IMG/VR virus record: IMGVR_UViG_3300030419_000485
Location: 1 to 54,115 of that record
Direction: 5' to 3' (one strand)
Length of the DNA: 54,115 nt
DNA from: a virus
Lineage: Duplodnaviria; Caudoviricetes
Shown: piece after piece, positions 10,591 to 21,700 of the stretch
Position numbering within the stretch: position 1 is the stretch's first letter
How the letters are laid out: the number at the start of each line of letters is the position of its first letter
Translations under genes and position numbers: made by a program
Notes under the pieces: model-generated
What the model was told of the DNA's origin: nothing
The model's input: only the letters and a program-made list of their open reading frames with translations
Databases searched by the model: none

Positions 10591-11279
10591 CAGGCTAATC
10601 CCTCCTCATGGTAATATAGAGCAATCCATGGATTGTTTCTTTTCTTCTTTAAACCAGAGGTTACTGGCCTTGTTTCTGCAAGCGATGCTGGCGGACCTTT
10701 TAGAGAATGTGGTGAAACTTGCTGTGGTTTGACATTGATATCTGGAACCTCTGGACTTGGTGTGGGTTCATGCGGTTCTGTAGCTTCACCCGGATCATCA
10801 AATGTTGAGATACCCTCGTCCGGGCTGGGTGGACCCATCTCAGAGCTTTGGGAAGGAGAGTCCTCTTTCTTTCCCCCCTCTTCATCACCAAGGAGATTTG
10901 GATAAATACCCTTCTTAGCAAGCTCCTTTCGTAGTGCATCCCAATCCACATCCCCGTTTGGATCTTTAGGAATATCTATAATACGGCCATCCGGACCCCT
11001 ACTATTATTAATTACGTCAGCAGCCGCTTTTCCTACTGCTATTTGCTGCTGTAATTTCATTTGCTTTAGCTTCATAGACACATCAACAATATTCTTAAAA
11101 GCGTCAGCAGTGGTTTTTACAGTGTTTCTCAGATTTTGATAATAATTTGCAATAGAGTTATCATACTCTGGGGCTCTCATTGAAACACCACCCTCAATAA
11201 GAGGAGGCATAACTACATCTACTACCGGAGCCATTGGTGCGTTAATAGTAAACAAATCATTGCCCATCTGAGACATCAC
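10590..11279 (-). CDS. Hypothetical virion protein, 229 aa, with a Pro/Ser/Glu-rich disordered C-terminal half
   Basis: ORF track; overlaps both neighbours; no Cys. Confidence 0.6.
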   Translation of the reverse strand: MMSQMGNDLFTINAPMAPVVDVVMPPLIEGGVSMRAPEYDNSIANYYQNLRNTVKTTADAFKNIVDVSMKLKQMKLQQQIAVGKAAADVINNSRGPDGRIIDIPKDPNGDVDWDALRKELAKKGIYPNLLGDEEGGKKEDSPSQSSEMGPPSPDEGISTFDDPGEATEPHEPTPSPEVPDINVKPQQVSPHSLKGPPASLAETRPVTSGLKKKRNNPWIALYYHEEGLA

Positions 11280-12282
11280 TTATTCTCCTATGTGTTTTAT
11301 CAAATACATCAATTAATAATTCTTTATAATCCCCTAAAAGTTCTTTATAGGATTGGTATTGATCACCTCTGGATTTTATTATACTACCAATCATATTCAG
11401 TGTCAAGGCCCCTCCATCAGGAAACTGAGAATCTCTATCAATTAATGCGTTAGCAATAAATTCCTTAGGTGTAGAAGGGTCTGCCGCCCTATTGTAATCT
11501 ATATCTAGAGTTTGTTTTTCCTGTTTCCTTCGTCTCATTAGAGACATCTCATATCCATTTAAAATACTTTTCTTAGCTTGTGGACGAATATAGACCCTAT
11601 TCATTTTCAACTGTTCTATTCCAAGGTTACTTGAGGGTGGCATAGAAAATACGGGAGCATATCCTTCTGGCTGTGTTGAATCAGGTAATGATATCCTACC
11701 ATTGACAACTTTAACCCTATCAGCAATTCCCATATCTACAGTCAACATTAAATCATCTAAATGAGAATGATGAGATACATCTGTATCTAGGTCTGAAAAA
11801 TCTAATCCCGCAAAGATCTTTGTATGAACATCCACACTAGACCTTAATGCCCTATTAACATGTTTACTATCAACCGCCTGTTGTAAAACAGGAACTCTAT
11901 CTAAATATTCCCATGCATATGTCGGAAGTTGCCGAGCTTTGTTTTTTAATAAAGTCTCTTGTTCCTCAAAACTTCGACCTTGTAACTCCTTATCTAAATT
12001 ATCTAGATATTCTTTCCTAGCTCCCTCTTTTCCTAAGGGGTGTAATCTCTCTCGAGTTTCGTGATACTCGCTTGGATTAGCAGCTTCAAATTCTTGGGTA
12101 CCTACATTTCTTTCCCACAAACTAAATTTTTCATGGGGTTCAAGCATATGGTTTCTGGCTTCCCATTCTTGTGATTTACTGACAAATGATTGAGAATATA
12201 AATCATCTGCTTGGGTAGAGGGATTAGCTTCTGGGAGCAGTCCTGCCATGTTTCTTAAATCCTCATAGTTTGCCATTATCAT
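11257..12282 (-). CDS. Hypothetical virion protein, 341 aa
   Basis: ORF track; ATGA overlap with the upstream gene; no Cys. Confidence 0.6.
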   Translation of the reverse strand: MIMANYEDLRNMAGLLPEANPSTQADDLYSQSFVSKSQEWEARNHMLEPHEKFSLWERNVGTQEFEAANPSEYHETRERLHPLGKEGARKEYLDNLDKELQGRSFEEQETLLKNKARQLPTYAWEYLDRVPVLQQAVDSKHVNRALRSSVDVHTKIFAGLDFSDLDTDVSHHSHLDDLMLTVDMGIADRVKVVNGRISLPDSTQPEGYAPVFSMPPSSNLGIEQLKMNRVYIRPQAKKSILNGYEMSLMRRRKQEKQTLDIDYNRAADPSTPKEFIANALIDRDSQFPDGGALTLNMIGSIIKSRGDQYQSYKELLGDYKELLIDVFDKTHRRISDVSDGQ

Positions 12283-12986
12283 TGCCCTCCTAAACCTTGA
12301 AGATATCCTTGAAGCGCATCAGTCTGTCCTTCTAGAGCTTTTAGCTGCTTCTCCCCTAAATGTTGCTGCATTCCGGCGGAAACACCTGTCATAGCGCCTG
12401 ATACTAAGCCGGAAATTAGAGCGTTCTGCATAATAGAAGAATCTGATTGCTGGTATAGTTGACCGGGAATAAACTTCTCTTGATCCCGATAGCCAAAATC
12501 TCTCTTGGCTAAGGTTTGTTGCATCTGTCTGTCTGCACTTACTAATGCGTTGGAGAACTGCACCTTTCGAGATGTCATTCCCCGATTCGCGGTTTCTAAA
12601 GACTGTCTCAATAATGCTTGTGCGGTTCCGCTGTTTGGGTTTACATTTCTATTTAATAAAGAAGTCTGCAAGCTATCGTTTACCTTTTGGGACTGTCGTG
12701 AAAATTGTCCAGAGGCGTTGTCAAAATTATACCGTAACCAAAATTCCTGCTCACCTTTAGCTTTTGCCGCAGCTTTGCCTATCTTAACATTCTGCATCCA
12801 CTTTGCGGCATTCGCCTTAGCAATATTTCTATTTTTAATTTGGTTATTTAACTGTCGATTGTACTCTTGTTCTTCCCACTGTGCTCTTTGTATTGCATTT
12901 TGAGCTACCTGAGACTGTCCTCCTAAAATAGACGAGAAGAGCTGACTGCCTCCCATCATCAGTCCCATTGATATTGGATCAAACAT
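12279..12986 (-). CDS. Internal virion protein, gp14-like
   Basis: Start MFDPISMGLMMGG with AGGAGG RBS. Gly-rich hydrophobic N-terminus, Q/A-rich helical core and Gly-rich C-terminal segment, as in T7 gp14-type proteins. Confidence 0.6.
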   Translation of the reverse strand: MFDPISMGLMMGGSQLFSSILGGQSQVAQNAIQRAQWEEQEYNRQLNNQIKNRNIAKANAAKWMQNVKIGKAAAKAKGEQEFWLRYNFDNASGQFSRQSQKVNDSLQTSLLNRNVNPNSGTAQALLRQSLETANRGMTSRKVQFSNALVSADRQMQQTLAKRDFGYRDQEKFIPGQLYQQSDSSIMQNALISGLVSGAMTGVSAGMQQHLGEKQLKALEGQTDALQGYLQGLGGQ

Positions 12987-12997
12987 AAGAGTCCTCC

Positions 12998-14683
12998 TTA
13001 CCAGTAACGGGGCGTAGACCGCCACTTATTATTCACGTTTTGTCTTCTGTTTCTAGGCATGCCTTCATTTAAGGTAGCCCCAGAAACTTGGTTTCTCCAA
13101 AGCCCCATTCTTCGGTCATCATTTAGCCATGTATTAACAATAGCTGACCTCTCGGCCTGTTTGTTTTTTTCTATAATAACATCAACATCCTTTGAAAGCA
13201 TTCCCTCCCAATGATGTACCGTAGCCGCTAACACATCTACACGGTCATCCTTAGGAAGAGCACCTTTCTTATCAAAGATTCTTGTAATTTGCTTCTGGGT
13301 CTCTTCTTGACTAATAGCCTTTCGATCAAAGACTAAGCGATGAGAAGACATGACAGGTTCTAAATATTCTATGATCCTAGCTTCCTTGCGACCTGTAACT
13401 CTATAGTCTTCAATAGCTACTCGACCACATACCTCGGTTACAACCGGAGCAAGTAACTGGCAGTACATAGCATCACCGAAGTTACTTTCAACACAGATAT
13501 GGTTTACCCCATACTCATAAGCTAACTTAGCAATCTTCTTAAGGATCGGCTTTTCATACCCTCCGGGGTATCCAATCAATTCGTGAATGAATATATAACC
13601 ATTAGCGAACGACCCAACACAGACTGCTGTTTCATCCTCACCTCTACCACTAGGGTCTACATACATAACTCGTTGCATATAAGGGACATAGGTATCGGAT
13701 ACCCACATAGGTTCGTAGATCAAATCTCCCGATAATCCAAATGTTGGTACACCCTTCATTGGCTGTGACTTAGACCAGATCAGTTTCTCTGGACACACTT
13801 CGGGATTGACATCTATTACAATAAGATCAGATAAGCGAAGAGGATATTTCTCAAAGTCCGCGAGCGTGGTATCGAGCTTATAGTGCAGTGCGAAAAGTTT
13901 TGGCCCAATCTTTGCCATCCTTTCAAGAAGAACTTCTTCTGGAAATCGTTCTGGTTGTGTAGGTTTGTTAGGTTCAATGTTAAGACTCAAGATCCACTCA
14001 TCTACATCTTCCGTTTCAGCAATGTCATTCTTATCTGGCATGACTGCTGGAAACTTTGTTACTTTATACCCCACCTTTAGGTGATTATAAATTGAATCTT
14101 TAATCTGTGGAGTACCTAAGAAGATAACTCGGCCACCCACGTTCCTGATCTGTTCAAACTCAGCCACCTTATTAAGTAATTTCTCTCTAGCGTTAGCTGT
14201 CTCACAGTTGCCCTCGATCTCTACATCGTCAGCAATAACATAATCAGCATGAGAACCTGTGATCTGAGAAGAAATACCACGGGCAAAGCAAGACTTGTCC
14301 TGCCCAATCTTAGTCCTTGCTTCTACGTTGAATGCAAAGGCATTGTCCGTAGTATTATCCCCCGGACGCAGGTGTTCACAATAGGGAACAAGGTCCAGAA
14401 TCTTCCTCGTCATGCTGATAAACTCTGCTGCTTTGTTACCAGTTGCAGACACAACCATGATAGTTGCATTAGGATCGCGTAGGAGGAACCACGAGGCCAG
14501 ACAAGCCGTGATAACAGACTTTCCGAACCCGCGACCGGCTTGCAGTTGCATGTCTGTAGCGTAGTTCTGGAGCCTCTCAGCCATAGCGTACTGAGCAGCT
14601 GTTGGCTCCCCCAGACCTAGGTGCTTGAAGCAAGCCCATAGGTGATTCCGGAAGTCATCCAACATTTCTTGGGGTATCTTCAT
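12998..14683 (-). CDS. terL: Terminase large subunit (T7 gp19-like)
   Basis: QAGRGFGKS Walker A, IADDVE Walker B, LGTPQ motif, nuclease motifs YVDPSGRGEDET and DDRVDVLA. Confidence 0.95.
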   Translation of the reverse strand: MKIPQEMLDDFRNHLWACFKHLGLGEPTAAQYAMAERLQNYATDMQLQAGRGFGKSVITACLASWFLLRDPNATIMVVSATGNKAAEFISMTRKILDLVPYCEHLRPGDNTTDNAFAFNVEARTKIGQDKSCFARGISSQITGSHADYVIADDVEIEGNCETANAREKLLNKVAEFEQIRNVGGRVIFLGTPQIKDSIYNHLKVGYKVTKFPAVMPDKNDIAETEDVDEWILSLNIEPNKPTQPERFPEEVLLERMAKIGPKLFALHYKLDTTLADFEKYPLRLSDLIVIDVNPEVCPEKLIWSKSQPMKGVPTFGLSGDLIYEPMWVSDTYVPYMQRVMYVDPSGRGEDETAVCVGSFANGYIFIHELIGYPGGYEKPILKKIAKLAYEYGVNHICVESNFGDAMYCQLLAPVVTEVCGRVAIEDYRVTGRKEARIIEYLEPVMSSHRLVFDRKAISQEETQKQITRIFDKKGALPKDDRVDVLAATVHHWEGMLSKDVDVIIEKNKQAERSAIVNTWLNDDRRMGLWRNQVSGATLNEGMPRNRRQNVNNKWRSTPRYW

Positions 14684-14784
14684 CAGTACTTCTTTACTTT
14701 CTTACCCGTCTTCTTGGCATACTTCTTAGCCGCGGCCTTACCCTTAGCAGTGTATGCAAACTTCTTCTTTCCTACCTTTGGCAT
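14683..14784 (-). CDS. 33-aa lysine-rich peptide MPKVGKKKFAYTAKGKAAAKKYAKKTGKKVKKY
   Basis: Manual translation; TAATG coupling to the upstream gene and TGATG coupling to terL; below the ORF track cutoff. Confidence 0.8.
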   Translation of the reverse strand: MPKVGKKKFAYTAKGKAAAKKYAKKTGKKVKKY

Positions 14785-15002
14785 TATGAAGCCTCCTTTT
14801 TAAATGGGATAGCATCCGACATCTTCTGCTCAAGGAAGTCGAGAGAATCAGATGGGATGTCATCCAATGCTGCACGGTTATCGTTGATATAACCACGAAT
14901 AATCTGATAAAGACCCGGAGTGCATTTACTCTCGTCATCTAAATCAGCTAATAGGCTGTCAGCCAGCCGGTCATTAAGTATGTTAATCTTATCTGTCATC
15001 AT
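14784..15002 (-). CDS. Terminase small subunit (T7 gp18-like)
   Basis: ~72 aa; LLADL...TPGLYQIIRGYINDN resembles gp18; GGAG RBS; upstream of terL. Confidence 0.7.
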   Translation of the reverse strand: MMTDKINILNDRLADSLLADLDDESKCTPGLYQIIRGYINDNRAALDDIPSDSLDFLEQKMSDAIPFKKEAS

Positions 15003-15010
15003 TACACTCC

Positions 15011-18000
15011 TCAAGAAATAGTACCGTCACCGACAACATCAATATCAGATGCAACTATGAATAAACAAACTATAGTAAATACCCCATTATTAAAGTCTGC
15101 AAGAGCACTGCCGTCTATGGTGGCAAACTCAACATAAACACTTCCATCATAATTACCATCTTCCATATACCCAAAGCCGCCGCTAACTTGAGCTATGACC
15201 TTCATACCACCACCAGAGATATTGCCGGGTATGTGAACAGAAGCTGATGTAAACAATATTTTGTCCAACGGCTGGCCCGGCTCGTTATCAGTGAATGTAT
15301 TAAGTCCAATCGCCGCTAAACTTATAGATCCGCCCCCATAAGATGCTGTTATAGAATCTGGCAGAGTAGCCATATCAACGTCTATTGGTGCGGTTATTAT
15401 TCTAACGTTGGATGGCATATATTCTGTGCTTCCCTCGTAGACACCATTATCATAAACTCTAACCTGAGGAACCGTCCCGGTGTCCAGATCTTTATGTGTC
15501 CCGTGATCTCCTACACTTTCGTCGGCAGTGTTTCTAGAGAAAAAGTTTCCAAAAGTTCTTACTTTTATTTTCTGGATATCTGGAGAATAATTAATTCCCG
15601 TAAGAAGCCTACTAAATCTATTACCTGAAACCCAAATCTCATAGTCCGAATCAAGGTCTAATCCTTGATCTATACTAGTGCTTCCGCACCCCTCAAGCAC
15701 GTTACTGGTAATAGATACGCCCTGTGTATCATCACCGCCCTTAACACTAATGCATCTATTAACGCTGTCAGTAATCGCACGGTTCATAATAATTACGTTT
15801 GAATTAATAATACTATCCTTTAAATCCCTAACCAGAATACCAGTTCTAGTAGTCCCGGCATCAGGGTCTGCAATGATAGTACTATCAGCATCACATACAA
15901 TACGATTTGAACTAACAATCGCCTCATTAATATGCTCAAGAAGTAATCCATTATGGGTTCCAGAAATAATATTCCCATGGCAAGTTAGCCCATTGATTTT
16001 TAATGTAGGATATCCAGCAACCTCAATAGCCGTACCATTCGTATAAAGAACATTTCTAATCGTATTATTACTAATAATAACACCATTATCTATCCCCGAT
16101 CCATTACTAGCCCCGGTAACTTCTCCTGATTTGACGCGAATTGCCCGTACACTTCTAGTAGTATCTATAATATTGTCAGAGATATTCACACTAAAGTCGG
16201 AATGTTTCGTAGCATTCCAATACTGAATAACTGCATTCGCTGAAGGATTGTCATTTTCCCCCACTGGGTACTCTGTACCGGAGTTTATAATTCTATTGTT
16301 GGTAATAACAGCACTACCCCCAAGTCCATAAACACCAAAAGATTCTCCGCCAACTATACTGTTATTACTAATGGTATATTCATCAGAATAATAGAGGCTA
16401 ATTCCGGGATAATCAGTTAGACCTGCATAGATTTCGCCGCTATCGGTATTCCACGCCTCCCGTTCTTTTACATATTCGCTTCTATTGTTTGTAAATCGGA
16501 TACCCGTATTCGGACCCCTAGCCTCGGAAAAATCTACGCTATTATCCGAAGCACCAAAGAGTGGCCGTTGGATTTTTTCGAAGTTGCAATTATCGATCAC
16601 AACCCCCGCACAACCATTTCTAATAGCAATACCGTAGCTTACTCTATACTCCATTTCATCTGGCACCCGCCTACCTTTAAAGGTGCAGTTTGTAATTCTG
16701 ACATTTTGAGACGCACTAATAAAAATAGAATACTGATTAAACCCCTCAAATGTTACATTATCAATAGAAACATTGTCTGCATATTTATTTATACCTACAC
16801 CATTAAGTACTTTGTCTGTTGTAGATTCGGTTTTTAATATTCCGTTCCTAATGTGTATATTTTTTGTAGGCTTAATTAAACTCAATCTCACATTTGGAGT
16901 GGCTTCGGTTGTATAGGCATATCTTAATGGGTTTGCTAACTCAAAAGCCCAATCATCAGATGTCTGTTCTTTGTTAGCAATTCTATTCCATTCGCCAATA
17001 TATCTGTGTTGATCACCATCATCCATATTAGGATCAAAGTACCACTTAATATCTGGAGTCCAAATCCTAAGGGAATAGTTATGCCATTCATCGCTAGAAA
17101 TTGAGGATTCCTCTAGCTTATCGTGAAGATGATTATCAATAAAGAATAGATCGCCTTTCTTAAAAGCGGTATTAGTGTGGTCCTCATCTTCATCATCATA
17201 TGTATAAGAAAATTCCTCACTTCCCACTATAGTTCCAAACAGACCCTTAGCAGTATTTGTAGATAACTCAATAGTTGATCCATTTAAATCTAAATGATTG
17301 CCCTCGTTTAGATTTAGCCCTTGAGTAACTTTATATGTTCCTCGCGGGAAAAATATTGTACCTTCTTTTCCGTTAGTTGTGTGATTTAAGGCAGCTTGAA
17401 TAGCATAAGTATCATCAGTAGTTCCATCACCCACAGCACCAAAGTCTTTTACATTAATTATATCTGCGAAATGATCATCCAGATCTCTTGCGGTTGTGCC
17501 TCCAGTAGTTATAACCTCCATTTGATTAAAAGTAGTTCCAGTAGCTACAAAATTATCAGTAGTCCAGTCTTCTACAGTTCCTGTAATAGAAGACCCAACC
17601 TTATTTTGAATAGCAGTATTTACTTCAGATTCACTAAAAACTCCATCTATATCATCTCCAGTAATAACAACAGCTCCGGTTTCCCCGTTAACGGAGATAA
17701 CCTTATCGGTCGGGGTTTGTACCAAAACCCAGTCACTTTCCAATCCTCCATCATTCTTATAGACAACATACGTAGATGGTCCTGCTGTAGTAGTAGCCCA
17801 ATCCCCTATATTAGATGTGTCAGTTTTTAAGGCAGGAAGACCTGCTAGATTTGCTGCATTTCCTAAGTAATTAGAAAAAGCTAAATCAGGGATGTTACTA
17901 CTAGGTATTTTATTATCAGAGGTTAAAACAGGGTATCGACTATCACTAGTAGTTTTAGTATAATAATTAGTAAGATTACTAACACCCTCAAGATATCTCT

Positions 18001-18754
18001 TATTTACGGCATCCTTAGTATCAATTGCATCCTTTACATTTGAAATAGCCATATCTTTAGCATCCCAATAGGTACCAGTACCGTCTTGATTATTAACCGT
18101 GAAGAACAGCCTATCGTCTACAAACTTCTCATCAATCAGGCCCTTGGCATTCAGTGGGCAGACACCCCCCGCAGTTCCAACAGAAGGATTTAAGGTACCG
18201 AAGTTATGCCAAAGAGCATAGTTCTCTTGTGCCAACCTAAAGCTTTGGTCCGTAGCTACGTTTAAGGAGGCAGCAGTTAAACGAGAGCCGGGACTAAAGT
18301 TTATACTCTTTATCGCGGAAGGGGTTTTTCTCAAGATATAAATCTTGTCAGAATCTTTAATATCCGGTAAGACATGTTCAGTAGTACCCCCACCAGTCAA
18401 GTTTTTTCTGTTCCACTTCCACCCTGTAGCGGCTGTAAACGTGACTATACCAGTATCACTTATGGTATACATAACACTTCCAGATGAAGTTTCGTTCGGA
18501 AGAGTCCAGATTTCCCACGCTTCTTCTGCTGTTATCGGCCTAGCATCATGATCCACAGTAGTAATATCCGTAAAATCAAACTGACGAATAAGGAGGATTT
18601 CATCCTGAACCGCAGTAAGGTTTTCATAACCACCAGAAGGATCGTCTACCGGCATAAAAGTTGTACCGATATCTAATGCTCTAGTGGTAGGTAGCATATC
18701 CGCCCCCGTATAAGAGGCTATTAATGTTTCTTTAGTGTTGTTGTCTAATGCCAT
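15011..18754 (-). CDS. Tail fibre/tailspike with gp17-like N-terminal anchor and pectate-lyase-like beta-helix
   Basis: LRKTP..INFSPGSRLTAASLN anchor motif; INVKDFGAVGDGTTDDTYAIQAAL...FFPRGTY pectate_lyase_3 signature; repeated I-x-N-N beta-helix rungs. Confidence 0.85.
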   Translation of the reverse strand: MALDNNTKETLIASYTGADMLPTTRALDIGTTFMPVDDPSGGYENLTAVQDEILLIRQFDFTDITTVDHDARPITAEEAWEIWTLPNETSSGSVMYTISDTGIVTFTAATGWKWNRKNLTGGGTTEHVLPDIKDSDKIYILRKTPSAIKSINFSPGSRLTAASLNVATDQSFRLAQENYALWHNFGTLNPSVGTAGGVCPLNAKGLIDEKFVDDRLFFTVNNQDGTGTYWDAKDMAISNVKDAIDTKDAVNKRYLEGVSNLTNYYTKTTSDSRYPVLTSDNKIPSSNIPDLAFSNYLGNAANLAGLPALKTDTSNIGDWATTTAGPSTYVVYKNDGGLESDWVLVQTPTDKVISVNGETGAVVITGDDIDGVFSESEVNTAIQNKVGSSITGTVEDWTTDNFVATGTTFNQMEVITTGGTTARDLDDHFADIINVKDFGAVGDGTTDDTYAIQAALNHTTNGKEGTIFFPRGTYKVTQGLNLNEGNHLDLNGSTIELSTNTAKGLFGTIVGSEEFSYTYDDEDEDHTNTAFKKGDLFFIDNHLHDKLEESSISSDEWHNYSLRIWTPDIKWYFDPNMDDGDQHRYIGEWNRIANKEQTSDDWAFELANPLRYAYTTEATPNVRLSLIKPTKNIHIRNGILKTESTTDKVLNGVGINKYADNVSIDNVTFEGFNQYSIFISASQNVRITNCTFKGRRVPDEMEYRVSYGIAIRNGCAGVVIDNCNFEKIQRPLFGASDNSVDFSEARGPNTGIRFTNNRSEYVKEREAWNTDSGEIYAGLTDYPGISLYYSDEYTISNNSIVGGESFGVYGLGGSAVITNNRIINSGTEYPVGENDNPSANAVIQYWNATKHSDFSVNISDNIIDTTRSVRAIRVKSGEVTGASNGSGIDNGVIISNNTIRNVLYTNGTAIEVAGYPTLKINGLTCHGNIISGTHNGLLLEHINEAIVSSNRIVCDADSTIIADPDAGTTRTGILVRDLKDSIINSNVIIMNRAITDSVNRCISVKGGDDTQGVSITSNVLEGCGSTSIDQGLDLDSDYEIWVSGNRFSRLLTGINYSPDIQKIKVRTFGNFFSRNTADESVGDHGTHKDLDTGTVPQVRVYDNGVYEGSTEYMPSNVRIITAPIDVDMATLPDSITASYGGGSISLAAIGLNTFTDNEPGQPLDKILFTSASVHIPGNISGGGMKVIAQVSGGFGYMEDGNYDGSVYVEFATIDGSALADFNNGVFTIVCLFIVASDIDVVGDGTIS

Positions 18755-18763
18755 AGGTGCCTC

Positions 18764-21700
18764 CTAAGAATTATGATACCTTGTAATGGGTTTAAATTTG
18801 CCCGTGAATTGCAAACTAGCAATGTTTAAGGGGTGTGGGTTTTCTGAGGAAATTGTTATTTTAACATCTTCCGCAAATCCAAGTATCGGGAATCTTTCCT
18901 GACGTTCAGAAATGTCCCCACTATTAGATCCTTTACCAATCCAATCTTCTTCCCATCTATCGTCTGTTGTGTTAAAGACAAAGTTATGAGTTTTCTTGGA
19001 TCTATTATTGACGTTTACTTCAACATCGAAAGCTTTAGAATTATAGGTTTGAATAACACCAGACCGAAGATTTAAAGTACCGGGAGTAATGTTATTAGCC
19101 TCATCTCTTAAATAGATAGGAGACAGGGTTACAGAGCTCTTAAACTTTCTACCTATAAAACGGACAGTTGATAGGTAAGGAACCATTGCCCCTGTTCCGT
19201 CAGGGTTTTCTGGAACATCATACGTATAATTTCCTGCTATATGGTATACGAAATAAAAGTCAGAATACGCATCGCCGCGCGTAATGTCCAAATACTCTCC
19301 CGAGTTAGTAACAATACAATCGTATACAGGCGGATGTCGAAATGTAGTATCCGTTCCATCGTCATTTTCAGCCTTTAAGTAAAAGGTCGTGCGATTTTCT
19401 TCTGGGTTATAAATAATAGAGCCCTGTAACATGCTAGGAGAGAAGTGAACCATGTCATCTAACCTAGGAATTTCAATATTATGTGGAGATAGGTTTAACC
19501 TACTAACCCACATCTCATGATACGAGCTAGCAACTGCCCTTCCTTTTGCTGAGTGAATCAAATAAAGATACTTACCCCACGACCTCATGTTATGTATTTG
19601 CACATGCCTATCTATATAAGAAAGACCATTATCATCATAAGGGCTTACTACTTGACCAAGTTCCCCGGTTGTCCAATCAAAGAAAGCATTCTGAACAACC
19701 TTTTCTCCGGAGATCTGATTTCGGTAGCAATATATTTTTGGTGGAATCCATTTATCACCCGCTTCGGATACCCTGCCTTTTTCCAAAGCAAACAGCATAG
19801 ATCCATAAGACGATGCTTCTGTATCATGAAGCTTATCTGGAAGATAATTAGGAACATGTTTTGAAACTTCAAAGGCTTGTTCTGTAGCTAAGTCTCTTTG
19901 TCCAAAGTAAATAAACAACTGACCCTTACTATAGAAGAATAAGTTATTATTCATTGATTGAGGAGATACCTCAGGCATCATAGGATAGAATGCTGTGGGA
20001 GCAAACTCCGCAGTCAGAGGAGAAATAACATTATTAGATCCAGTTAATTCATACTGAGTATTACCAGATGTACCCACAAAGAGGAAGTCCCTAAACGGAA
20101 CAAGGTGCGTAACTGGAGTATAGTTATTCGAAGAGATCCGAAGATCTAGTGGATCTGAATCTACAATATTGTCTACATTAGCAATAAAGAAGTTATCCCA
20201 ATCTCCGCTACGGGAAGCAACGATTGTATCCTCGTTTGCTAAGAACAGCCTATCTCTATAGTAAGCCATAGCGGTAATCTTACTTTCTTGTGGCTCATCT
20301 GTTGCAGGGTTAAAGAAGATACCGGGGCCGCGATTGCTTTCCTCATCTCCGTTCTCCCTTTGCTCCCAGTTAACAGGACCACCATAATATCTTAAGACAC
20401 CATCCGCATCAAACTCACTATACAATAATTGAGGCATCCGCCTGCTATCAAGCGTAGTCCTTGGGCCCGGAGTTCGGATCTTTTTAAGATACGGAGCTTT
20501 GTCCTTACGAACAATTCGATACCATCCCGGAGTATTTTGCTGGAAAGCTTGGCTTAGGTAAATAATTTTACCAGCACCGTTACGTTGCTTCCATTCAATA
20601 TCATCGTTTGTATCAGGAAAATCATCAGCATAAATAGACTCTAAAACCTTTTTGACAGCATCACCACCATTATAAGCTATTAGGTCTGTAGTATCCGGAG
20701 GGAATTGAATATCGGAAAAACTTTTAAAAGACTGTCCAAGTTCTATAAAATCTTGATTTGGATACACATAGTCTTCTACGGGAATAAACTGAGAAAAAGA
20801 TACATCTCCTACCATTTCCCAAGGACTGCCCTCAATAAATTTCCGCCAAAACTCAACGTTTCTTGGCGAATTGGGGAGTGGGAGGCCGTCTCCTTTGGTA
20901 ACAGCTACTCTTTCCCATCTTTCCCTATCTTGATGTGGCGGTAATGTAGAACCCATAGGATTATCTGCATCAGAAAGTAAAGCATTAGTTGGACCGGGTA
21001 GTTGATTGGTATCGATGTATTCTCTTACCTTCCAAATCCCAAATCTTGTTGGCTTACCTCCTATAACAATATCATCTGGATACGATTCTGTGCCAGCATA
21101 TTGTCCAAAAAAATCTTGCTCGTCATCGCTACCATCCATTTGATTGTTAGACCAAACATTAGTTATTTTATCTCCCATACTTCGACCAATCTTACCACTA
21201 GAGAAAGAGTTGGGAATAGTGGAGGCGGTATACTGCTGTAAGTTCCATGTTCTTGTTCCCCCAATATATCTGGAGGTACCCTCTATTGCCCCCGAGTCAG
21301 CAGTTGCATCGTTCTGACTAGTAATAGGTGTTCCATCATTATATTCGTTTAAGTTTTGTACCGTACTATTGATCCATACCCGAGAATTTGTAATAGAACC
21401 ATGAGCCTTTTGTTGTATGATAACCCTGCCTGCAAATTCCGAAGTATCATTTATACTTTTCTGATTGGCATAAGCAATTAGCGAAGAGTTTTGAACAAGG
21501 TTAATAGCCCTAGCAAACTCAGCAGCATCAGCGAATCCACTCGCTTTTTGAGCTTCGGAGTATCTCTCATCCCCATCATTCTTTCCACCGCCAGTCATGC
21601 CAGTAGCCAAAGCCATGGGATCCACATTTTTCCATTGCTGGTCTTTCCCCAAGGCACCAGTGTACGACCCCTGTTGTTCATTACCGTTGTTAGTTTGCTC

